Shown here: positions 57,786-64,000 of the stretch, piece by piece | Layout of the letters: every line of letters begins with the position of its first letter | Numbering within the stretch: position 1 is the stretch's first letter | IMG/VR virus record: IMGVR_UViG_3300028591_000103 | Span: 32,001-96,000 of that record | Direction: 5' to 3' (one strand) | Length of the DNA: 64,000 nt | Source of the DNA: a virus | Taxonomy: Duplodnaviria > Caudoviricetes | Program-made: the position numbers and the translations under genes | Notes under the pieces: model-generated | The model's database searches: none | What the model was told of the DNA's origin: nothing | Seen by the model: only the letters and a program-made list of their open reading frames with translations

Positions 57786-59798
57786 TTATAATGCAACCAT
57801 CTTCGCATAGACTTCCTTGCCGTTTCCGACTGTAATCGGATTTGTTTCTGCTCTGAGGTCTGCAATTGTTGCATACCATGTAAGCGAGGTTGTAGATTCG
57901 TCCGGAATTGTAGCTGGGAGTGCTGCTCCGTCTGCAAATGTATCGTAATAGGCATATGTGTAAGTGCTGGGCGATGGGTAGTTGCTTGCTGAGAGATACG
58001 CATAGGATTTAACAAGGATTGCGCAGTCTGTAGGAAGACTTGTGAATGCGTTAGAATTTTGAATGGTCGGTGGAGTTGCTTTCTCAAATTTCACACTACC
58101 GAGTGAAGCGCAGTTACCAAAAGCCAGGTTCCCAATCGATGTAACGCTGTCTGAAATTGTAACACTCCCGAGTGACCTGCAGTATTGAAAAGCATACGTC
58201 GAAATTGATGTAACACTGTCTGGAATGGTAATGTTACTGAGTGAAAGGCAATTGTAAAAAGCATACATCGAAATTGATGTAACACTGTCTGGAATGGTAA
58301 CGCTATCGAGTGAATAGCAGTACATAAAAGCATACGCCGAAATTGATGTAACACTGTCTGGAATGGTAACGCTATCGAGTGAATAGCAGTATTGAAAAGC
58401 ATACATCGAAATTGATGTAAGACTGTCTGGAATGGTAACGCTGTTGAGTGAATAGCAGTAATAAAAAGCATACTTCCCAATTGATGTAACGTTGTCTGGA
58501 ATAGTGATGCTGCTGAGTGAATAGCAGCTGTCAAAAGCATTCGACTGAATTGATGTAACGTTGTCTGGAATAGTAATGCTGCTGAGTGAATAGCAGGATA
58601 TAAAAGCAAGCGACTGAATTGATGTAAAGCTGTCGCCAATAAACATCCTCTTTATAGCATTTATATAGTTTCGCGATTCATTAGCATCGAATCCGTCTTT
58701 CATCAACAATCCACATGAATTGTTTTTTTCTAAGAAATTCGCCGTACCAGTAACCGTCAGCGTAATCACATACTCTCCACCGCTAGGATAGGTATGCGGC
58801 TGAGTGCTGACATAAGTTGACACATTCGTTCCAGTCAGCGTCGTATGCGCAGAACCATCGCCCCAGTCGATATCAACAGAACCATTCACGCCAAGTCCGA
58901 GAACAGGCTCTCTCCGGTATTCGTCAAGCTCGATAAAGATTCGCGTCTTACCGTCAGTCACTTTGTATTTCTGACCGATATCGAGCTTTCCATACTTCGC
59001 TACATACGCCTTTGCTTTTGCGAATGTTGACCACATCCACCCCTGCGCGGTCAGTCCGTCATGAGATGGATTTGTAGGCCAGTCTGTCAGCTCCGCAAAC
59101 TCTGCTGCTGTGTAACTATGGACGATTGTTCCATCATAGTCGATAAAGTTCACGGCTTTCTTTTCAGCTCCGCCGCCGCCACCTGATGGGACATTGACAG
59201 TGAGACTGCTAATCAATGTGGTATCGACATCCCCATTCTCAGTCACAGTATCACTACCCTGTGCGACTAAAGCGCCGTTAGAAACGACTTTACCTTCATC
59301 ACCCGCTGCGTATGTATTTGGTACATTGATTTCAATGCTATTGATTAGGGTTGTATCGACAGTTCCATTAGATGTAGCAGAACTGGAAGACTGTGAAACA
59401 AGTTCTCCACCAGATACGACTTTGCCCTCATCTTGTGCGGTATAGCTATTCGAAACAGAAACGCTGACAGAACTGTATCCATCAGCGTTATCATCTTTTG
59501 CTTTATATGCTCCATTTTCATTAATGGATTTGCTGATCAGTGTACTACCACCGCCACCTCCTCCTCCACCGGAAGGATCCTTGTCTGGAAAGTATTTATA
59601 GATACTTTCGCCGTTCACAACCTTTCCTGTTGCAGACTCGGTAATACGATACTGTGGAAAGTTGATCAGATATGCCAGTTGGTCGTATGTTGCAGCAAAA
59701 CCAGAAACGGGATTTGGTTGATTAATGATTGCAATGTTGATCGCACGCATCGCCGGAACGGAGATATCGACAACATCAATCACCAACGTCTCAGCCAT
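57786..59798 (-). CDS. Adaptor-domain protein with BspA-type (LRR_5) leucine-rich repeats
   Basis: Adaptor, G8 linker, two ~44-aa DEGKVVS repeats, a PKD-like IDWGDG motif and eight 23-aa IPDSVTSI..YAF..C.SL repeats. Confidence 0.85.
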   Translation of the reverse strand: MAETLVIDVVDISVPAMRAINIAIINQPNPVSGFAATYDQLAYLINFPQYRITESATGKVVNGESIYKYFPDKDPSGGGGGGGGSTLISKSINENGAYKAKDDNADGYSSVSVSVSNSYTAQDEGKVVSGGELVSQSSSSATSNGTVDTTLINSIEINVPNTYAAGDEGKVVSNGALVAQGSDTVTENGDVDTTLISSLTVNVPSGGGGGAEKKAVNFIDYDGTIVHSYTAAEFAELTDWPTNPSHDGLTAQGWMWSTFAKAKAYVAKYGKLDIGQKYKVTDGKTRIFIELDEYRREPVLGLGVNGSVDIDWGDGSAHTTLTGTNVSTYVSTQPHTYPSGGEYVITLTVTGTANFLEKNNSCGLLMKDGFDANESRNYINAIKRMFIGDSFTSIQSLAFISCYSLSSITIPDNVTSIQSNAFDSCYSLSSITIPDNVTSIGKYAFYYCYSLNSVTIPDSLTSISMYAFQYCYSLDSVTIPDSVTSISAYAFMYCYSLDSVTIPDSVTSISMYAFYNCLSLSNITIPDSVTSISTYAFQYCRSLGSVTISDSVTSIGNLAFGNCASLGSVKFEKATPPTIQNSNAFTSLPTDCAILVKSYAYLSASNYPSPSTYTYAYYDTFADGAALPATIPDESTTSLTWYATIADLRAETNPITVGNGKEVYAKMVAL
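58095..58640 (-). repeat. Eight 69-bp tandem repeats encoding the LRRs
   Basis: Scaffold codons ACA TCA ATT / GCT TTT / TGC / TCA CTC / ATT CCA GAC are near-invariant between units. Confidence 0.9.
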
Positions 59799-59800
59799 AA

Positions 59801-61036
59801 TTATTCACCACCATCCTCATTGGTTTCGTCGATTGGTTGTGTGGATGAAAGTTGAACAAGCTTTCCGATAGCGACATCTGCTTCAAAAGCTTCATCAACA
59901 GTAACGGATTCATCATCCGTTGAAGTATATGTCGCAGAAACTTGATATACATAACCGATCTCATTGTATACGAGATCACCCTTTGTATATTCCGTGTTCT
60001 TTGCGTATTCTTTGACACGCGGTTTCATCGTGATGATCTGATTTTCCAATGCAGCAACACGTGCTTGGAGATCAGATACGGCAGTTGTCAGAATCGTAAC
60101 ATCGCGTGCAAGTTCTTCGATCAAATGCTCAGTCGGATGATACAATGAATTGTATACATCAAATGTATTTCCTGTCGCGATTGTATTCGCCATATAAGCA
60201 GTGAAGTTCATCTTCAGACGAGTTGTCAGATTCAGTTGAACTGCAAATCTCTGATTGATGTTGACTGCTGCAATGAGAATGCGATTATCCGCAATATCAA
60301 TAGCATCATGCTGAACACTGATGTGGGTGTTATTATTCATCCAGATATAATACGGATTCAGATCATCCACAACATGTGTGAGTGTATCAAGAATGTCAAC
60401 ATACGCTTCCATCTTATCAATGAAAATAGTATAGATACCATTATAATCAACCTGTGGAAGATTGGTCACAATGACATTCTTGAATGATGTAATAAAGAAA
60501 TCATTGACATCGGTATAGTGGAACAAATGGTCTTTGACAATACTTTCGACTGTATTCTCATATACCACACCACCTTGTGCATCTTCCAGATGGAAATACA
60601 GTTTGAAGATCACACTAGAATGCTGGATCGGAAGATAGTTCTCCAGTGTTTCAAATTCATTTGAAATCACCTGATTCAGGAATCCATTCCATACAGCATT
60701 TGTGACAATGTCTCCACCGGTCATATCCAGACTTGCAGTCAGATTAATACAAGACGGATCGGAACGTTTGCTGATTCTGGTGTAAACATTTTCAGACACA
60801 CTCAGTTTTGTACCATATTTGGTAGTCGTATTATCGACCAGATATGGAATATTGTTCACGACCATGAATGCGTTTTCTTGCATACTTCCAGATGCAGGAT
60901 ACTTTGCTGTATTCGGTTGGTACATCTGCTGACAGCAATCACACTGGAATGATGCACCTCGTACATATGGATATGACACAAGCACCGGTTGAGAACCATG
61001 TCCACAACCACCGCAGTTGAATCCGCTTTGATTCAT
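59801..61036 (-). CDS. Putative virion protein with Cys-rich N-terminus, coiled coil and short carbohydrate-binding-like C-terminus
   Basis: AAGGAGG RBS; CGGCG/CDCC; LQARVAALENQI; EYAKNTEYTKGDLVY...VYQV. Confidence 0.6.
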   Translation of the reverse strand: MNQSGFNCGGCGHGSQPVLVSYPYVRGASFQCDCCQQMYQPNTAKYPASGSMQENAFMVVNNIPYLVDNTTTKYGTKLSVSENVYTRISKRSDPSCINLTASLDMTGGDIVTNAVWNGFLNQVISNEFETLENYLPIQHSSVIFKLYFHLEDAQGGVVYENTVESIVKDHLFHYTDVNDFFITSFKNVIVTNLPQVDYNGIYTIFIDKMEAYVDILDTLTHVVDDLNPYYIWMNNNTHISVQHDAIDIADNRILIAAVNINQRFAVQLNLTTRLKMNFTAYMANTIATGNTFDVYNSLYHPTEHLIEELARDVTILTTAVSDLQARVAALENQIITMKPRVKEYAKNTEYTKGDLVYNEIGYVYQVSATYTSTDDESVTVDEAFEADVAIGKLVQLSSTQPIDETNEDGGE

Positions 61037-61048
61037 AAGAAACCCTCC

Positions 61049-62353
61049 TTATTTGATTTTCAATGTTTGCTTGATAATGTATATGATCAACGGTGTCCAA
61101 AGAAATACTTCTTTTGACATAGAATTATCGAACAATTGGTCTCCGGTGTATAATGACAAATCCCGGATACTCCGTAAACGTCCGTGGATATAATCATGAA
61201 TCAGAGAAATGTAATCATACCGCTGCAGCTTGTAACGACGGATACATTTATCTGCACATTTACAACACTTACAATCACACAGTTTACATTGTCTCGGATC
61301 ACATTCAGCTTCCAGAATATTATACACTTCCATCGGGAAATACAGATCTTCACCTGGATTCAAACACCATGCATCACCAGGAATCATGACATCAACATCT
61401 GCACCATAATGTGCGAATGATGAATCAACGTATTCCGAAGCTTTTACTGTACGATATTTGAACGTTGATAGATATCGTAATGGTGCTTCTCGTTCAATCC
61501 ATTGATATGGTGAACGTTGATAATGGAATTCCAATTCACGATCCTTCAACTTGTTTTGAATCAACACGATATTTCCATGTGCATTATCACGAATCATGAT
61601 TCCTGTTTTTGCCATGAAATAATTGCCACATACATCAAACAGCGTTCTACCATTCAGATGTAATAAGAAACAATTGTGTGCCGGATCATAATAATTGGCT
61701 TTGTAATTATCAACCATGTCATCGATCATTTTGATCAAACGAGACCGAAGTTCATAATCCTCTTCACCGATAACAGGCGTCAAATCCTCACCACCAACGG
61801 TTTGAAGATCCATGACATACCGACCAACGACTTGTTTGTTAATTTGATCAACATCTGAAATTTGAGTCGAGTACAGACTGTATGAAATTCGATAAGAACC
61901 GTCTGTATTCAATCCATCCTGCGTTACTTCTGTGACACGGATTAAATGTGTCATTCGAATATGATTTACAATGAAGAAATCATTTTCTTTTGGCATTATA
62001 GTTCCCGGTATAATGAATGCTTCTCCATTCAAATTATAATCACGAACCGTTGTAGATCCAGCATTTCCATTTTCTGGAGATAAAGGTGACAATGCCAACA
62101 GAACCATATTCTCGATTCTCCGATAACGCAATGGGGAATCTCTTCCAATGATCTGATACACATCATTGAATCCAAGAGAATCAGTCGTTTGTTGTTCGTC
62201 GATATTAAAGTATGTCACAAGTGTTCTACCACTTCCAGTATACTTATTGATTCTGGAATGGAGGAATTTATCATACTTAAATATTTGCTCATCGACCAAT
62301 GATCGTTCATCATATATTAAACCAGACACATATTTCACCACACTTTCTATCAA
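61049..62353 (-). CDS. Conserved jumbo-phage virion structural protein (possible neck/tail completion)
   Basis: VTYFNID...SPLRYRRIEN...GEAFIIPGTIMPKENDFF resembles structural proteins of phiKZ/AR9-like phages; exact start uncertain. Confidence 0.6.
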   Translation of the reverse strand: MIESVVKYVSGLIYDERSLVDEQIFKYDKFLHSRINKYTGSGRTLVTYFNIDEQQTTDSLGFNDVYQIIGRDSPLRYRRIENMVLLALSPLSPENGNAGSTTVRDYNLNGEAFIIPGTIMPKENDFFIVNHIRMTHLIRVTEVTQDGLNTDGSYRISYSLYSTQISDVDQINKQVVGRYVMDLQTVGGEDLTPVIGEEDYELRSRLIKMIDDMVDNYKANYYDPAHNCFLLHLNGRTLFDVCGNYFMAKTGIMIRDNAHGNIVLIQNKLKDRELEFHYQRSPYQWIEREAPLRYLSTFKYRTVKASEYVDSSFAHYGADVDVMIPGDAWCLNPGEDLYFPMEVYNILEAECDPRQCKLCDCKCCKCADKCIRRYKLQRYDYISLIHDYIHGRLRSIRDLSLYTGDQLFDNSMSKEVFLWTPLIIYIIKQTLKIK

Positions 62354-62386
62354 TCTTGAAAGATACTATAAATATATCTCCCAGAG

Positions 62387-62399
62387 TTACGAAACTGTT
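62387..62399 (-). promoter_or_regulatory. Candidate late promoter AAC-N7-TAA (AACAGTTTCGTAA)
   Basis: Heads the 62353-56678 structural operon. Confidence 0.55.
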
Positions 62400-62506
62400 T
62401 TACAGCATATATTTGCGTGAAATTATTTTTTCACAAGATAAATATATCATTATTTTGCATACGGAAATCAAAATTCATTTTTCCGTATAGAAAGGAAGGA
62501 ATTTAT

Positions 62507-63130
62507 ATGGTAAGAATCAAATTAGCTTCAAGATCGGAATCAGATGTAACGAAGATGAAAGCAAAAGGATGGGTGATTAATGTTTTCAGAGAACGAAATG
62601 AACGGGATGATTTTGTCATCGCAGAAAGGGATGCAATCAATACACGATTCACATTGCAATTGGCGAAAGTGCCTCATACAGTTGAAGTGAAGAAATTCGT
62701 CAATGGTGAATTCATTGATTCGAAATTGTTCCATGATCCTGGTTGTGGATTGTCAGGGACATTATGCATCTCCGAAGGAAAGACGGTCACAACAACATAT
62801 GCATTCTTCAGAAATGAAATGCTGATGGAACTCATGGAACGATACGGATTGAAACGAATTGAATTCGCGAAAACGGATGCGGCAAAATTCGATAAGTTCG
62901 TATACGAAAACGATTTGAGTATGTATGGGAAAGGAGAAGGTAAACCAACATTGCCTCCATTCCATACGGATGGAACATACGAGGAAACAACACCGCAGCA
63001 ACCGAATATGCGGAAGTTCCTTGTATCTGGAGCAACGTATGTATATGAATACAAGACATGTACATTGACAATTCCACAACAATACGACATTTGGAAACTG
63101 GACGAGTTATTGAAACATGTAACCGATTGA
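62507..63130 (+). CDS. Hypothetical protein
   Basis: AAGGA RBS before MVRIKL. Confidence 0.7.
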   Translation: MVRIKLASRSESDVTKMKAKGWVINVFRERNERDDFVIAERDAINTRFTLQLAKVPHTVEVKKFVNGEFIDSKLFHDPGCGLSGTLCISEGKTVTTTYAFFRNEMLMELMERYGLKRIEFAKTDAAKFDKFVYENDLSMYGKGEGKPTLPPFHTDGTYEETTPQQPNMRKFLVSGATYVYEYKTCTLTIPQQYDIWKLDELLKHVTD

Positions 63131-63141
63131 GGTGATCATCA

Positions 63142-64000
63142 GTGGGAATAGAATATAATTATCCACTAGAGCAATTGGACAAACTGGTTGTGATGGTGTA
63201 TCAAGAAGGAAGGACACCATTATTGCCAGACGCACTCAAACAGGAAGTTGCATTAAGGTATCAAGAATTACAACACATGGATGATGACGAAGACGAGGAT
63301 GAAGATTATCGCACTGCGGTTCAACAACACGAAGATGCAATGCGGAAGATTGAAGAAGAACGAAGAAAATCTCATTCTCGTAATGTTATAATTCTTGAAT
63401 TGACAGAAGAGGAAAAACGGGAACTCCATGAAGGAATGTCCGCTTCATATGTAAGAAGCGATCCAAATTCCGAATATAATATGTCTGATGATGATATGAA
63501 TGCGGATGCAGAACGAAAAGCAATTTATAAAAGCTTGCGGTCTATTGGCAAGATTTATTATCATCAGGAAGATTATCGGAATGCAATCAATATTATTCAT
63601 CGAGCGATTGAATATTCTTTGCGCAATGATTATCCGTGGCTAACATTTGAAGAAGCATGTGAAGAATTCAAAGAGGGAAGAATCAAATATACATTCGCAC
63701 AACTTCCGTTGTTGTATATTGATTATAATACTCAAATTACAGATCCGAAAGTATTGGCGGGAATCGTGTCTGGTGAGATTCATCTGATTGATAAGGATCA
63801 AGAACCTGTCAAGAAGAAGAAAGTCAAATCGAAACCAGTCGATGCAGATTATACAATCATCGGACCGGAAGAACATGCGGAATATGTCAAGATTCACAAT
63901 GCTGGATACAATACTCCGATTTCCACCATTCTCAAATCTTGTTCCACAATTTACAACCGGTATGTCATTCCATCATCATTACAATTCGGATCCAGCCAAC
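63142..64000 (+). CDS. Hypothetical acidic protein (runs off the right edge)
   Basis: GAGGTGA RBS and GTG start (MGIEYNYPLEQLDK...); frame appears open to the window end. Confidence 0.7.
   Translation, partial: MGIEYNYPLEQLDKLVVMVYQEGRTPLLPDALKQEVALRYQELQHMDDDEDEDEDYRTAVQQHEDAMRKIEEERRKSHSRNVIILELTEEEKRELHEGMSASYVRSDPNSEYNMSDDDMNADAERKAIYKSLRSIGKIYYHQEDYRNAINIIHRAIEYSLRNDYPWLTFEEACEEFKEGRIKYTFAQLPLLYIDYNTQITDPKVLAGIVSGEIHLIDKDQEPVKKKKVKSKPVDADYTIIGPEEHAEYVKIHNAGYNTPISTILKSCSTIYNRYVIPSSLQFGSSQ

Noticed and set aside
58095-58640. 69-bp periodic repeats as a CRISPR array
   Set aside because: Units are contiguous, in frame and encode LRRs; there are no unique spacers and no cas genes.
1-64000. 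Stop-codon recoding as seen in some gut jumbo phages
   Set aside because: Standard-code ORFs tile the window almost completely with intact conserved genes, and TAA and TGA both end genes; no fragmentation pattern was seen.
1-64000. tRNA, rRNA, integrase, chimallin or PhuZ genes
   Set aside because: None recognised by eye. Hypothetical ORFs were not searched, so a nucleus-forming lifestyle can be neither supported nor excluded.

Overview
The whole window is a gene-dense segment of a jumbo myophage of the phiKZ/AR9(PBS1)-like type, most likely infecting a gut Firmicute. The host inference rests on strong AGGAGG Shine-Dalgarno sites, a Clostridia-type amidase and holin, and a CmpB-like membrane gene. 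No host genes, rRNA, tRNA or CRISPR array were recognised. Left part (1-28.7 kb): a truncated giant tail lysin/tape-measure gene, a neck-like gene, the major capsid protein with a C-terminal extension, a gp25-like baseplate gene, a T4 gp21-type prohead protease, a virion RNAP beta C-terminal fragment and several large head proteins studded with [VIFL]-x-E motifs. Middle part (28.7-45 kb): an intein-interrupted endolysin, a truncated family-B DNA polymerase, GyrA, an SF2 helicase, a holin, a DHH phosphoesterase and an RNAP beta' fragment. Right part (45-62 kb): a fibre/appendage module with shared docking motifs and a hypervariable BspA-type LRR array. The strongest candidates for something new are: (i) head-packaged polyproteins that the prohead protease would cut into effector domains (a type IV pilin-like N-terminus, a SUKH/SMI1 domain, a permuted NlpC/P60 domain, a zincin); (ii) an intein inserted directly before the Zn-ligand Cys of the endolysin; (iii) a modular adaptor-plus-variable-LRR display cassette. 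All calls come from motif reading by eye; no database searches were run.
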